Source: an uncultured Erysipelotrichaceae bacterium
Lineage (GTDB): Bacteria; Bacillota_I; Bacilli_A; RFN20; CAG-826
Assembly (NCBI GenBank): GCA_902787955.1
Contig: CADAIJ010000006.1
Span: 8,922-72,921 of the forward strand
Length of the DNA stretch: 64,000 bases
Direction: 5' to 3'
This document shows, one piece after another, positions 27,203-38,245 of the stretch; position 1 is the stretch's first letter, and each line of letters opens with the position of its first letter. The notes under the pieces were generated by a model. The model made no database searches. It saw only the letters and a list, made by a program, of their open reading frames with translations, and was not told the DNA's origin. The position numbers were made by a program, and so were the translations under genes.

Positions 27203-30200
27203 TTATTCTTCTTTTCTTCTTCTAATAATATAGAAGGAAGCAACACTAATTATAGCAATCGAACCCACGACAAGAATGATAATTAGTTGATTAGCAGAAT
27301 TACTGTTTAATCTTGGGTTTGTAACGGAATTAGAAATTACTCTATCAATAAAGTTAGTAAATGTTGATGTTCCGTATTTTCGAATGATTTGATCATAACG
27401 AGCCATTGCTTGAGCGCGCCATGACGCTTCTAAATCATTATTAGCAGTTGTTTCTTTAAGAATAGTTTTCGCTCTTTGAGTTAAAGCAGTATATGCAGTG
27501 TTTGCGGTGCTCCACTTCATTCCAGATTGATTATAACCGTCATTCATACATCCTGAAGTGTAATCAGTTAAGAATGCTTCACCAAATTGATCAGCTTCAT
27601 ATTCGTATGATTTAAAAATCATAACGTTACGTAATAAACTGCCACTATCATGGTTTTCACAACTGAATCTAGGAGTGGTATTTCCGCCATAATACATATT
27701 AATTTGGTCATTACTATATGTACCGTTACAGATAATATTTGCAAAGCCATTATTAATTGTTATTGTCCATTTAGAATTATCATCAAGTGTTTCTGTTGTT
27801 TGCAAATTATGATGTGAATCAGACGCTGGGTATAAATAACCTCCAGTCACATTTAAAACCCATTCATTAGAAGAACCGGTTAATGTGATGACTTCATAGT
27901 TGTTGTGTTCACTAATATTTGCAACAGTATTATTGTTTGTTAATGAAATTGAATTAGCGGTGCGAACATAAGGATCTTGTGAACCCATTACTAAATAATC
28001 ATTTTCACCTTTCATACCAATAAGAAGAATTTTATCGTTTTCTCTTAAGTCTGAAATGTCATTTACTTTTTCAAAAATTTCATAATCTGTAGTTGGGTTA
28101 AAGGCTGGTGTATCATCATTTAGTTCAATTAAAACGCCATTGATATAAATGCTGTTTGCTGTACATGTCACAGTAATAGTAATTTTCCCATCGAGGGGAC
28201 TTGTTGCGGTATATTCGATGGTTCTAAGGGTTGTTCCACCTGTAGTAGTGATTTCACTTACAGGTGTTAAAGAGGTGCTGCCAACTTTGATATCAACACT
28301 ACCTGCGCCCTTAGTTGCATTAGTACAATATGATAAAGTAATCTTACTTACTTTTTTATATGAAATAGGTGATATTGCACCTGCTCCAGAAAGTGAGCTT
28401 GTAATTTGGACCCCTTGATTAGATTGTAGCGAATTACCATCCTTAATGGATTCCCAGTTATTAGTTTCTGACGCACCTTCAATTGTTGTTCCGCTAACAG
28501 CGCCCCAACTTTTTGAATTAAAGCGGAAAGCAATTGTAGTGATTTCAGCAACCTCAACTTCACAACTATCGCTTAATCCATTAGAGGCATAAGCAGTAAT
28601 TGTTACAGTTCCTTTTGAAAGTCCTGTTACTAAACCTTCATCAGATACTGAAGCAATTTCTTCATCACTTGTAGTCCATGAAATTGATTTATCATCAGCA
28701 TCATCCGGAAGGACACTAGCGGATAATTGCAGTTCTTCATCAATTAAAATTGATGCGGAATGCTTATCTAATGTAATGCTTGTAACTTGAATTGGGATTG
28801 CTTCGTAAGAAACTTCAATTGATAAGATTTGAACATTAGCAGTCGATGTTGAAATATTCCAGTATAGTTTACTTACATCACTGTTATCGGAAGAAAATGT
28901 TCCACTTTTAGTGACTGCGCCTGTGACTGTTGAATCTCTTTCATCTAGCACTTCGTCAGAGTAAGATATGCCAATTTTTCCACTTACACCTGTTGAACTA
29001 CTAAATGTTACATTAATGTTTGTTGGATAATAGCCTGTTGGACAATTTGATGAATAAATATACCCATAATTTGAATAATACATGGCGTAGTTATATTTGG
29101 TGCCACCCTTTGATTGAGTATTAACACCTGAATAATTAATTGTTAAATCATTAGTATTAACGATAGATTTTTTGATTGTTCCGCTTGTGCCTTGATCGCC
29201 ATAACCCTCTGTGTAATCGCTTAAAGAAATAGTTGTATCTAAACCAGTAGTTCCTGAATCAGAAATAACTTTCACATTACATGTTTTGGTATAAACTTTT
29301 TCGTTAATAGTAGCTGTTACTGTAATAGTAGCGTTACCAGCACTAATGCCTGTAACAGTAATAGTGCTTCCACTCGTGGAAGAAATAGAAGCAACTTCGC
29401 TATTTGAAGTCTCCCAAGTTAAAGGTACATTACTTGATGGAGTCGCGGTTAAATTAACGGTTTCATCAACCATTAAAGATTCGCTTGTGCTACTGATTCC
29501 TAATGAATCACCAGAAGCATTTTTATATCCATTAATTACATCACTATTTAAATCTACATAACCAGAAGGAGTGCTATCGTAAGAGACATAAGTGCTTCCG
29601 TTATAGTTTACTGTTCCCCAAATATAATCAGCCCATTCAGGATAATCAATAAATGGATTTCTATTTTTGGTGTAGTTTCTAAATAATAAATTATTCCTAT
29701 GGATTTCAAATTCATCAACTGGGTCAGCATGATGCCACGCTAATAAATCGGTAAGGACACCCATTTTTCCTGTTAAAGTTGTGGATGAAGCATATCCTTT
29801 TTCTTTGAAATCACTATTTTGGACTAATTCAAGATTAGGATTGTTGGAATCAATCCCATCAGAATCGCTGCCAGATAAATAGTTGTATCTTGCAACCATG
29901 TAGAAAATGGCTCTAGCAATATCACCTTTATCCGAATCTTGTGGTTCAAAAACATAATTAGTGTCACCATTTCCTAAAGTTTTAGAATAACCATAAAGGT
30001 TACCTTCAAGGTTATAGTATTCGGTACCGGCATCGGAGTAAGTTCTATTCTTATCAACATAAGCAAAATAATAATTGCTATGGTAAGATCCGTTAACTTT
30101 ACCATTTCCTGCCCAAAGATGCATCGGGTCGCCTCTAGCTCCTGCTCCACCTTTGGTTTCAAAGCCATTTGATTTTGCCCAAATATGTTCTTGATTTATA

Positions 30201-30721
30201 CCCCATTGAGATTGATCATGATCTCCCCATGCGGTAGTAAGATTCTCATCATCACGATTAATGTATAAAGCATGGACATATGGTCCAGGATTTTGAGCGC
30301 TAACTGTTTCTAAATATGAATAGCCAGTAATCTTATTTGTGTTGGCATTATAACCAGCAATTTCAGATGCAGGTGATTTGACCCAGTCTCTATCAATAAT
30401 TTCATACAGCTTCCAAATACTTGTCTTAGCAGAGTCGTATGAAAAATATTTTTGGTCAAGTTTTAATCTAGTCTTTAAATTTTTTAGTAAATTAGTTCCT
30501 TTAAGTTCATTTTCGCCGAGTGAACCAAGAGTAGTGGAGTAATAATTTTTAATTTCATCTTCGCTACAATCATTTAAATCAATATTTTTAGTTGGCGAAG
30601 CTGTGTCATATTGACTAGCGCCATTTGCTTCAGAAGCGTTAGCAACTGTTAAAGCGCTAAAGGCACCTAAACCTAAAGCAATAGATGATAAAATAAGTGA
30701 TAATTTTGTTTTTGTCTTCAT
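27203..30721 (-). CDS. Membrane-anchored extracellular endonuclease (endonuclease I family) with Ig-like domains
   Basis: Signal peptide; NQEHIWAKS, KGDIARAIFYM..RY, NRNPFID; two Big_2-like repeats; C-terminal TM with RRRK. Confidence 0.88.
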   Translation of the reverse strand: MKTKTKLSLILSSIALGLGAFSALTVANASEANGASQYDTASPTKNIDLNDCSEDEIKNYYSTTLGSLGENELKGTNLLKNLKTRLKLDQKYFSYDSAKTSIWKLYEIIDRDWVKSPASEIAGYNANTNKITGYSYLETVSAQNPGPYVHALYINRDDENLTTAWGDHDQSQWGINQEHIWAKSNGFETKGGAGARGDPMHLWAGNGKVNGSYHSNYYFAYVDKNRTYSDAGTEYYNLEGNLYGYSKTLGNGDTNYVFEPQDSDKGDIARAIFYMVARYNYLSGSDSDGIDSNNPNLELVQNSDFKEKGYASSTTLTGKMGVLTDLLAWHHADPVDEFEIHRNNLLFRNYTKNRNPFIDYPEWADYIWGTVNYNGSTYVSYDSTPSGYVDLNSDVINGYKNASGDSLGISSTSESLMVDETVNLTATPSSNVPLTWETSNSEVASISSTSGSTITVTGISAGNATITVTATINEKVYTKTCNVKVISDSGTTGLDTTISLSDYTEGYGDQGTSGTIKKSIVNTNDLTINYSGVNTQSKGGTKYNYAMYYSNYGYIYSSNCPTGYYPTNINVTFSSSTGVSGKIGISYSDEVLDERDSTVTGAVTKSGTFSSDNSDVSKLYWNISTSTANVQILSIEVSYEAIPIQVTSITLDKHSASILIDEELQLSASVLPDDADDKSISWTTSDEEIASVSDEGLVTGLSKGTVTITAYASNGLSDSCEVEVAEITTIAFRFNSKSWGAVSGTTIEGASETNNWESIKDGNSLQSNQGVQITSSLSGAGAISPISYKKVSKITLSYCTNATKGAGSVDIKVGSTSLTPVSEITTTGGTTLRTIEYTATSPLDGKITITVTCTANSIYINGVLIELNDDTPAFNPTTDYEIFEKVNDISDLRENDKILLIGMKGENDYLVMGSQDPYVRTANSISLTNNNTVANISEHNNYEVITLTGSSNEWVLNVTGGYLYPASDSHHNLQTTETLDDNSKWTITINNGFANIICNGTYSNDQINMYYGGNTTPRFSCENHDSGSLLRNVMIFKSYEYEADQFGEAFLTDYTSGCMNDGYNQSGMKWSTANTAYTALTQRAKTILKETTANNDLEASWRAQAMARYDQIIRKYGTSTFTNFIDRVISNSVTNPRLNSNSANQLIIILVVGSIAIISVASFYIIRRRKEE

Positions 30722-30860
30722 AAGGGGTCTTTATTAATAAAGCATTTATAAAATAAAAACTCAACCACTAATTTGTAAATAATTATAAAAGTAAGTTTGT
30801 CCTATTTTTACAAAGTAAAATAATGTTATAATCTAATTTAGAATTAAGGATGGACCTATT

Positions 30861-32351
30861 ATGACTAAATTTGTAATGGCAATTGACCAAGGAACTACTT
30901 CGACACGCGCGATTCTTTTTGATTATGAAGGAAACGCGATTAGTACTGCTCAAAGAGAAGTTCCAAACATTTTTCCAAATGAAGGTTGGGTAGAAATATC
31001 TCCACTTAAAGTTTGGATATCAGTTGTTGATGTTATAAATGAAGTTTTAATTAACGCTAATACAGATATGGCTCACATTGACTCTATTGGTATTACTAAC
31101 CAAAGAGAGACTGCAATTATCTGGGAAAAAGAAACTGGATTACCTGTTTACAACGGTGTTGTTTGGCAGTCTAGACAATCAGTCGATATTTGTGAATCTT
31201 TAGAAGAATATCGTGAAATAATCCATCAGAAGTCCGGTCTTTTGATAAATCCATACTTCTCCGCTAGTAAGATTAGATGGATTCTTGATCATATCCCAAA
31301 CGGTCAAGAAAGAGCGGAAGCTGGCGAACTTATGTTTGGTACAGTTGATACTTGGATTATCTATAAATTAACTCAAGGAAGAACATTCGCTACTGATGTT
31401 ACTAATGCTTCACGCACCATGTTGTTCAATATTTTCGAACTTAAATGGGATGATGAATTACTTAGAATCTTTAACGTTCCAAAGTGCATGCTTCCAGAAG
31501 TTAAAGCTAGTAGTGATGATTATGGTGAAGCTTCATATTTCCCAGGTAATGTCCATATCTTTGCAGACGCTGGTGACCAACACGCATCCTTATTTGGTCA
31601 TAACTGTTTTAACGCTGGTGATTCTAAAAATACTTATGGTACTGGTTGCTTTATGCTTATGAATACTGGTACAAAACCAATTCTTTCTAAAAACGGCTTA
31701 TTAACCACTATTGCGTGGAAGATTAAAGATCAAGTCGTGTACGCTTTAGAAGGTTCAGTCTTTGTTGGTGGCGCTTCTATTCAATGGCTAAGAGATGGCT
31801 TACAAGTTATTGAAAAAGCTAGTGAATCAGAAAAATACGCTACAAAAGTTGAAGATTCTGAAGGCGTCTATTTTGTTCCAGCCTTTGTTGGACTTGGCAC
31901 ACCATATTGGGATGATGATGTAAGAGGCTCTATGTTTGGAATTACTAGAGCTACAACTAAAAACCACATTATTAGAGCAACACTTGAAGCTATTGCCTAT
32001 CAAACTAGAGATGTCTTCGAAGTTATGAAGAAAGAAGCTGGCATTGAAATTAACTCTTTAAGAGTTGACGGTGGTGCAACCCAGAATAACTTCCTAATGC
32101 AATTCCAATCCGACATCCTTCAATTAGAAGTTAAGAAACCTAAATGTTTAGAAACAACTGCATTAGGTGCAGCTTATCTTGCGGGATTATATTCAGGATA
32201 CTGGAAAGATACTTGGGATATTAGAAGTAAACATCAATACCAAGCTAAATTTAATCCAAAGATGGATAAAGAAGTTGCCGCTAAAAAGTTAAAAGGTTGG
32301 GATTTAGCGGTCAAATGTGCTATTAATTTTAAACCAAGAAGAGAAAAATAA
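30861..32351 (+). CDS. glpK: Glycerol kinase
   Basis: IDQGTTSTR, GITNQRET, KNTYGTG, VDGG. Confidence 0.96.
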   Translation: MTKFVMAIDQGTTSTRAILFDYEGNAISTAQREVPNIFPNEGWVEISPLKVWISVVDVINEVLINANTDMAHIDSIGITNQRETAIIWEKETGLPVYNGVVWQSRQSVDICESLEEYREIIHQKSGLLINPYFSASKIRWILDHIPNGQERAEAGELMFGTVDTWIIYKLTQGRTFATDVTNASRTMLFNIFELKWDDELLRIFNVPKCMLPEVKASSDDYGEASYFPGNVHIFADAGDQHASLFGHNCFNAGDSKNTYGTGCFMLMNTGTKPILSKNGLLTTIAWKIKDQVVYALEGSVFVGGASIQWLRDGLQVIEKASESEKYATKVEDSEGVYFVPAFVGLGTPYWDDDVRGSMFGITRATTKNHIIRATLEAIAYQTRDVFEVMKKEAGIEINSLRVDGGATQNNFLMQFQSDILQLEVKKPKCLETTALGAAYLAGLYSGYWKDTWDIRSKHQYQAKFNPKMDKEVAAKKLKGWDLAVKCAINFKPRREK

Positions 32352-33476
32352 ATGAAGAACATACCAATTAGTCGTGAGCATTTCGAAATCGTTTATCAAA
32401 ACCTCAATGTTTCAAGTAGGATTGATAAGGATTTTATTTACGATGCCTATTGTATCGCGATTGATGGCGCAAATGATCTCGCGGAATCTAATGTTCTTGG
32501 AAGAGAAATTCCAATTAACCCTGTTTCTTTAATTCTTTATTTAATTAATGAATATGGCTTTTATTTAGATACAACTAAAAGCACAAACGAACAAATTAAA
32601 GAAGATGAAAAGGCAGCTAGAATTATTATTTCTACCTCCCTTGATAAATACTTTACTAACGAACATTTAGATTTCAAAAATGAAACCCATATTTCTAAAT
32701 TTTCCCCGCAGATCTCCACTCTTTCACTATATATCAACTTTATTTTGGGGGTCTTGAATCGTTATCGTAAAAGAGAACCTAAGACTACTTTAATTACTGA
32801 TATTCTCCAAAAAGGTTTTTCAATGGCAAAAGCTATTCTTGAACTTATGGTGTCTGGTTTTGAAACCGAAGCATTTTCTACTTGGAGAACAATTCACGAA
32901 ACTGAATGTATCTTATTATTACTTGTCAGTAATGGAGATAAAGCTATCAAATCATATTTAAGACATATGGAATATGCGATGGCATATCGTGGAATCATTC
33001 CTTCTAAAGAAGAAACTGACGCAATCTTTGTAGAAATTAAAGAACACATGAAAGAACACGATCTTAAATCCAAAGATATGAAAAAATTCATTGAATATGG
33101 TTGGCTTTATTCAATTGATAGCGCAATTGAAACTGAAGGATTTAAACTTAATTTCCGCGATGGTGTGGAACGTTTAGCAAATCTTTCCCAATATTCCTCT
33201 AACTATGAAATGGCATCTGAGATTGCTCATAGTTCACCATTAATGATTTATTCTAAATCTGATTATTATTTGCATCTTGTCTTATTAAATCTATTTGAAT
33301 CTTTCTTTAGACTTGAAAAAGTATTTACTCAAATCTATTTAAATAATATTTCTAAAGAAGAAGCAGATAGATACTTAATGATGAGAAATTTATATTATTC
33401 TCAGCTTGAAGTTTTATATCATTCAGAAAGACAAATATTCGCTCATAAATTTAAAACCGTAAATAGGTTAAATTGA
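32352..33476 (+). CDS. Hypothetical protein, DUF5677-like
   Basis: WRTIHE, EYGW, Y..ASEIAHS pattern. Confidence 0.6.
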   Translation: MKNIPISREHFEIVYQNLNVSSRIDKDFIYDAYCIAIDGANDLAESNVLGREIPINPVSLILYLINEYGFYLDTTKSTNEQIKEDEKAARIIISTSLDKYFTNEHLDFKNETHISKFSPQISTLSLYINFILGVLNRYRKREPKTTLITDILQKGFSMAKAILELMVSGFETEAFSTWRTIHETECILLLLVSNGDKAIKSYLRHMEYAMAYRGIIPSKEETDAIFVEIKEHMKEHDLKSKDMKKFIEYGWLYSIDSAIETEGFKLNFRDGVERLANLSQYSSNYEMASEIAHSSPLMIYSKSDYYLHLVLLNLFESFFRLEKVFTQIYLNNISKEEADRYLMMRNLYYSQLEVLYHSERQIFAHKFKTVNRLN

Positions 33477-33479
33477 GTA

Positions 33480-33507
33480 CAAAAAAAGGACACTTTGTGT
33501 CCTTTTT
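33480..33507. terminator. Bidirectional terminator
   Basis: AAAAAAGGACAC-ttt-GTGTCCTTTTT. Confidence 0.85.
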
Positions 33508-33524
33508 AATTGCGTCATTATTTA

Positions 33525-35171
33525 TCAAACATCAGCGTAGCAGCTTCCGCCGATAAATTCTCTCATAAGTGAGTTACATGGAACCCATTCATCAGGCATA
33601 TCGACGAAGTACTTAAGCATTCTGATTAATCTTTCCGCAGTTGGATAGAATTCATTATCGATATCGATTGCTTCAAGAAGTGGCATCGCGTATTTCTTCA
33701 TAACTGGAAGCTCGTAAGAAAGCATGGAGTTATAAACATAGTTTGCACCTTCTTGAGTATCGTAAATCCAAGTAAATTCACCTCTTCTTACGCTAGCCCA
33801 CATACCGAGAGTTTCATCTGCCGCAGCATTTCTGAATTTGTAGTCACGAACGATACGACGGATAAGTCTTAAGTCGGTTAAGGAAAGTGGTGTACCGTTA
33901 TCAAGGTTAATTTGAACTTGAGGAGCGATAAAGATTTTGAATTTTTGATGCTTTGGAATTAAGTTGGTAAGTCTTTCATTTAAGGCGTGGATACCTTCAA
34001 TAATAATTGGTTCATCATCACCAACTTTTAAGACTCTACCAGGAACGCGTTTTCCGGATTTAAAATCAAATTTAGGAAGTTGAACTTCTTCACCATTGAT
34101 TAAATCAAGCATATTCTTATTGAATAATTCAATATCTAAAGCTTCGATTGATTCAAGATCTGGTTTACCATCAGCATCAAGTGGTACTTCATTCTTTGGT
34201 AAATAGTAGTCATCGATAGAAATTCTAATTGGCTTAATACCGCGAGATAATAATTCAATTCTTAATCTATTCGCAAATGTGGTCTTACCAGAAGAGGATG
34301 GTCCAGCAATACAAATAAGACGAATATCAGTGATATCTCTTTCAATTAAATCACCAAGTTCAGTAAGCATTCTATTATGTCTTGCTTCACAGAGTTGAAT
34401 GAAGTCAATAATACCATCACGTTTGATGTGAGCGTTAATACCTGCAACGGTATCAGCACCAGCAATTTTTGACCATTCATGGGACTCCTTGAGGGTTTTT
34501 CCATATGTTGGAGCGTCTTCGAATGGAGGAATCTTACCACCAAATTCAGCTCTTGGATATTGAAGAATAATGCCAGGTGGATATAATCTCATGGCAAAAT
34601 CTTTGAGATAACCAGTTGATGGAACCATACGATAATACATATAGTTTTTATAACCATCACAGTCATATAAATGGACAGTCTTTTCTGGACGATAATCAAG
34701 GATTTCAAGTTTGTCATCATAATTATTATCGATATAGAACTGTCTAGCTTCTTCTTTAGAGACGGTATATCTTGTCATCGCTAAATCAGCAGCAATGATC
34801 TTCTTCATTTCTTCTTGAATAGCTCTAACCATATGTAAGTCAGCTTTTTTACCATCAAGAAGTTGGATGAAGATAGAACGGGAAATGTTATAGCAGAATC
34901 TAACTTTTAAATCTGGATATAAGCGGTGGAAAGCCATAGAGGCAACAAAACGTAATGAAGCTTCATAGATTTTAACTGCTTCGGTGTCAGAGCAAGTTAA
35001 GAATTCGATTTTAGCATCATAATAAACTTCGTAAGTTAATTCTCTGGAGCGATTATTAACTCTAGCACATACAAATTCTTTATCGTTTGCCTTTTCTCCA
35101 AGTAGGTCGAGAAGACGAACTTTTTTATCGAATGTCTCTGTCTTTCCTAAGTATTGTAATGTAAATGACAT
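33525..35171 (-). CDS. Nucleoside (uridine) kinase with ThrRS-like N-terminus
   Basis: AGPSSSGKTT, IDDYY, EGIHALN, RRIVRD. Confidence 0.88.
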   Translation of the reverse strand: MSFTLQYLGKTETFDKKVRLLDLLGEKANDKEFVCARVNNRSRELTYEVYYDAKIEFLTCSDTEAVKIYEASLRFVASMAFHRLYPDLKVRFCYNISRSIFIQLLDGKKADLHMVRAIQEEMKKIIAADLAMTRYTVSKEEARQFYIDNNYDDKLEILDYRPEKTVHLYDCDGYKNYMYYRMVPSTGYLKDFAMRLYPPGIILQYPRAEFGGKIPPFEDAPTYGKTLKESHEWSKIAGADTVAGINAHIKRDGIIDFIQLCEARHNRMLTELGDLIERDITDIRLICIAGPSSSGKTTFANRLRIELLSRGIKPIRISIDDYYLPKNEVPLDADGKPDLESIEALDIELFNKNMLDLINGEEVQLPKFDFKSGKRVPGRVLKVGDDEPIIIEGIHALNERLTNLIPKHQKFKIFIAPQVQINLDNGTPLSLTDLRLIRRIVRDYKFRNAAADETLGMWASVRRGEFTWIYDTQEGANYVYNSMLSYELPVMKKYAMPLLEAIDIDNEFYPTAERLIRMLKYFVDMPDEWVPCNSLMREFIGGSCYADV

Positions 35172-35342
35172 ATATAACCTCCTTTCAGGTTAACATTTCA
35201 TTATATAAAAAAATATTTGGTTTATGCAACCGCTTACAAAACTTTTAATATTTCTTTACATTCTTATTTATTTTAAATAGAATAAACACGCTAATTTTAT
35301 TAAAGTACAAACATTTGTATTTTGAGAATAGGAGAAATTATT

Positions 35343-36551
35343 ATGTCCAAAAAAGCTATGGTCTACATTCAAAGTGGTGGTCCAACTTCCGTAATCAATA
35401 CTTCTTTATATGGTGCGATTAGAGAAGCCCAAAAGCATAATGACAAGATTAGTCATATCTATGGTTCTCTTCATGGTATTGAAGGTTTAGTTGACGACAA
35501 CTTAATCGATTTAGATCAAGAAGATTTCGAAGAAATTGAATTATTAAAACAAACTCCAGGAGCGGCTTTAGGTTCCACTCGTTATAAACTTCCAAAAGAC
35601 TATCATAACCCTGTTTATAACAAGATTATTGCTAATATTCGTAAACACGATATCGGTTATGTCTTTGTTAACGGTGGTAATGATTCAATGGATACTTGCT
35701 ATAAATTATCCGTTTTATGCCAAAGAATGGGTCTTGATGTTAAAGTCATTGGTATTCCAAAAACCGTTGATAACGACTTAGCTGAAACCGACCACTCTTT
35801 AGGTTTCCCATCTGCTGCTAAATATGTTGCTAATACAGTTAAAGAAATCTGTATTGATGCTCGTGTTTATCGTAAAGGTAAAGTCTTCATTATTGAAGTT
35901 ATGGGTCGTAACGCTGGTTGGTTAACTGCTGCTGTCGACTTAATCGATGGTCCAAACCGTCCAGACTTCATCTATTTACCAGAACATACCTTTGATGTTG
36001 AAAAGTTCTTAGACGAAGTAAGTGTTAAATTCCATGAAAAAGGTAACGCTATTGCAGTTATCTCTGAAGGTATCATCTTCGAAAGAGATATTTCTACTGC
36101 TCGTGTTGACTCCTTCGGTCACATCCAACTCGGTGGTGCTGCTTTAGACTTAGCTCGTATGATTGAAGCTAGATTCGATCTTCCAACTAGAGCTATTGAA
36201 TTATCCTTACCACAAAGAGCTTATGGTGCTTTAGTTTCTAAAGTTGACCAAGACGAAGCAATCGCTGTTGGTAAAATGGCAGTTGAACTCGCTATGGAAG
36301 GAAAGACCGCTTTAATGGTCGCTATCAAGCGTGTTAGTGATGATCCATATAAATCTGAACTCGTTCCAGTTGATATTTCAAAAATCGCTAACGTTGAAAG
36401 AATTGTTCCAGAGTCAATGATTAAAGATAATACTCAAATGGATGATTCTTTCCGCAAATATTGCTTACCTTTAATTCAAGGTGAGATTAACGTTATCTAC
36501 GAAAACGGCATTATTAAATCTGCTAACTTAAAGAAAATTAAAGTTCAATAA
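35343..36551 (+). CDS. Phosphofructokinase, probably PPi-dependent
   Basis: QSGGPT.VIN, GGNDS, PKTVDND, EVMGR; start at ATG 35343 after AGGAG. Confidence 0.88.
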   Translation: MSKKAMVYIQSGGPTSVINTSLYGAIREAQKHNDKISHIYGSLHGIEGLVDDNLIDLDQEDFEEIELLKQTPGAALGSTRYKLPKDYHNPVYNKIIANIRKHDIGYVFVNGGNDSMDTCYKLSVLCQRMGLDVKVIGIPKTVDNDLAETDHSLGFPSAAKYVANTVKEICIDARVYRKGKVFIIEVMGRNAGWLTAAVDLIDGPNRPDFIYLPEHTFDVEKFLDEVSVKFHEKGNAIAVISEGIIFERDISTARVDSFGHIQLGGAALDLARMIEARFDLPTRAIELSLPQRAYGALVSKVDQDEAIAVGKMAVELAMEGKTALMVAIKRVSDDPYKSELVPVDISKIANVERIVPESMIKDNTQMDDSFRKYCLPLIQGEINVIYENGIIKSANLKKIKVQ

Positions 36552-36615
36552 TTTTCCCAAATAGGCGAGTTCCTATATGAAATTCGCATCTATTAATGGA
36601 TTAGTTATGATCTTA

Positions 36616-36645
36616 AGAGGTTGAAAAAATCAGCCTCTTTTCTTT
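36616..36645 (+). terminator. Intrinsic terminator
   Basis: AAGAGGTTGA-aaaaa-TCAGCCTCTT followed by a T-rich run. Confidence 0.7.
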
Positions 36646-36719
36646 TAAAAAATCGCTAATTCGATTAAAAAACCTAATTTTATTTAAAAATAAAAAATAC
36701 TAGTTTATAATATTGACCT

Positions 36720-37187
36720 ATGAAGAAGTTTTTAACACGTTTTACCGAACTTCAAGGCATGATGATTCTTGGTGCTATCATAAACACTATTATTTGCTTA
36801 GCGTTTTTAGTAGTAGGAATTTTAACTGGTTATTATGGCTGGCTTTACGGTGCTTTAATTGGAACTTTCGTTGAATTAGTTAGTATCTTCCTTCTTTTCA
36901 AAGGATCAGAAGTTATTACCAAAACTTTTAAATCATCATTATTTTTAATTTTCTATTTTGGCCGCATGGTTTTATTCCTTGCCGCTTTTGTTATATGTGC
37001 TTGGCTTCAATTTGGAATTGGCCCATTTGCGAAAGTCGAAGCATTTGATTATTCCATTTGGGGTTGCTTAATTGCTATATCTCCTCTTCAACTTATCGTA
37101 ATCATTATTATGGGTGTTACTCATAAAAACCCAATGAATTTAGTGGAAAAAGCGGAAGAAGCTTCAGCAAGTGAGGAAAACAAATGA
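36720..37187 (+). CDS. atpI: ATP synthase protein I-like
   Basis: Hydrophobic 4-TM protein, first in the atp operon. Confidence 0.65.
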   Translation: MKKFLTRFTELQGMMILGAIINTIICLAFLVVGILTGYYGWLYGALIGTFVELVSIFLLFKGSEVITKTFKSSLFLIFYFGRMVLFLAAFVICAWLQFGIGPFAKVEAFDYSIWGCLIAISPLQLIVIIIMGVTHKNPMNLVEKAEEASASEENK

Positions 37188-37966
37188 CATTTGGTCCAGA
37201 AAATTTTAAAATCGCTCCAAATTTAGAGACAATCATCGCGGTTGCCATTTGTTTAATTGTTGCTATTTTTGCTATTATCGTTGGTATTTTAGCTAAAAAA
37301 TCTGATCCTAAGAAAGCTCCTAAAGGAGTTGTTCTATTAGGGGAATGGGCTGTTGAAAAAATTGATAACTTCACTAAAGAAAATATGGGTGAAGGTTTTG
37401 AAAATTTCGGTGGTATCTTACTTGGTATTATCGCTTTCTTATCACTTAATTTCTTAGTGGGTATTACTGGACTTCCTACTCCAATGGCCTATCTTCCTGT
37501 TCCACTTTCTTTAGGCTTAGTTACATTTATTTTAATTCACTATACTTCGATTCGTTTTACTCACTGGAAATACTTCAAACGTTATGTTGATCCTTTCCCA
37601 TTTTTCCTTCCAATTAACTTAATTTCGATGTGGGCTCCACTTCTTTCATTATCACTACGTTTATTTGGTAATGCTTTAGTGGGTTTTGTCTTATTAACTT
37701 TAGTTAACTTTGGTTTAGAATTTGCAGGCGCCGCTATATTTAGTATCCCACTTTATTATGGTGCAAACGGAATTGAACTAGCTTCAAACCTCACTTTAAT
37801 TCCATTTGTAACCCCAGTTTTACACGCCTATTTTGACGTGTTCTCAACGTTTATTCAAACACTCGTGTTTGTATATTTAACAACATTATTTGTTGCTCAA
37901 GAAAAACCAGAATCTGACGTAAAAGAAGAACTTGAAGTCGGTTCTAGAAAGGAGATTACACAATGA
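37184..37966 (+). CDS. atpB: ATP synthase subunit a
   Basis: SLSLRLFGN, IQ..VF..LT. Confidence 0.95.
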   Translation: MTFGPENFKIAPNLETIIAVAICLIVAIFAIIVGILAKKSDPKKAPKGVVLLGEWAVEKIDNFTKENMGEGFENFGGILLGIIAFLSLNFLVGITGLPTPMAYLPVPLSLGLVTFILIHYTSIRFTHWKYFKRYVDPFPFFLPINLISMWAPLLSLSLRLFGNALVGFVLLTLVNFGLEFAGAAIFSIPLYYGANGIELASNLTLIPFVTPVLHAYFDVFSTFIQTLVFVYLTTLFVAQEKPESDVKEELEVGSRKEITQ

Positions 37967-38205
37967 CAGATATTGCTGCTATCGCCTTTGGTGCTGCTAT
38001 TGCTATCTTTTCATCTGGATGTTCATCTATTGGTGAAGCTATGGTAATCACTAAAGCAATTGACGGTATGGCAAGAAATCCTGAAGCAAGTGGAAAGCTT
38101 CGTTCATCCATGATTATTGGTGCGGCCTTAGTTGAAACTTGTGGTATTTATGCCTTACTTGTCGCTATTCTTTTGATCTTTGTTCTTCCTGGATCAATTC
38201 ATTAA
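37963..38205 (+). CDS. atpE: ATP synthase subunit c
   Basis: ARNPEA loop, ALVETCGIY. Confidence 0.96.
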   Translation: MTDIAAIAFGAAIAIFSSGCSSIGEAMVITKAIDGMARNPEASGKLRSSMIIGAALVETCGIYALLVAILLIFVLPGSIH

Positions 38206-38245
38206 TTTTCTTTTTCAAAACTTATTTCGTAAAGGAGGTTAGAAG

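Noticed and set aside
27203-30721. Large nuclease gene as an island or toxin
   Set aside because: No att repeats, mobility genes or immunity gene; ordinary surface nuclease architecture
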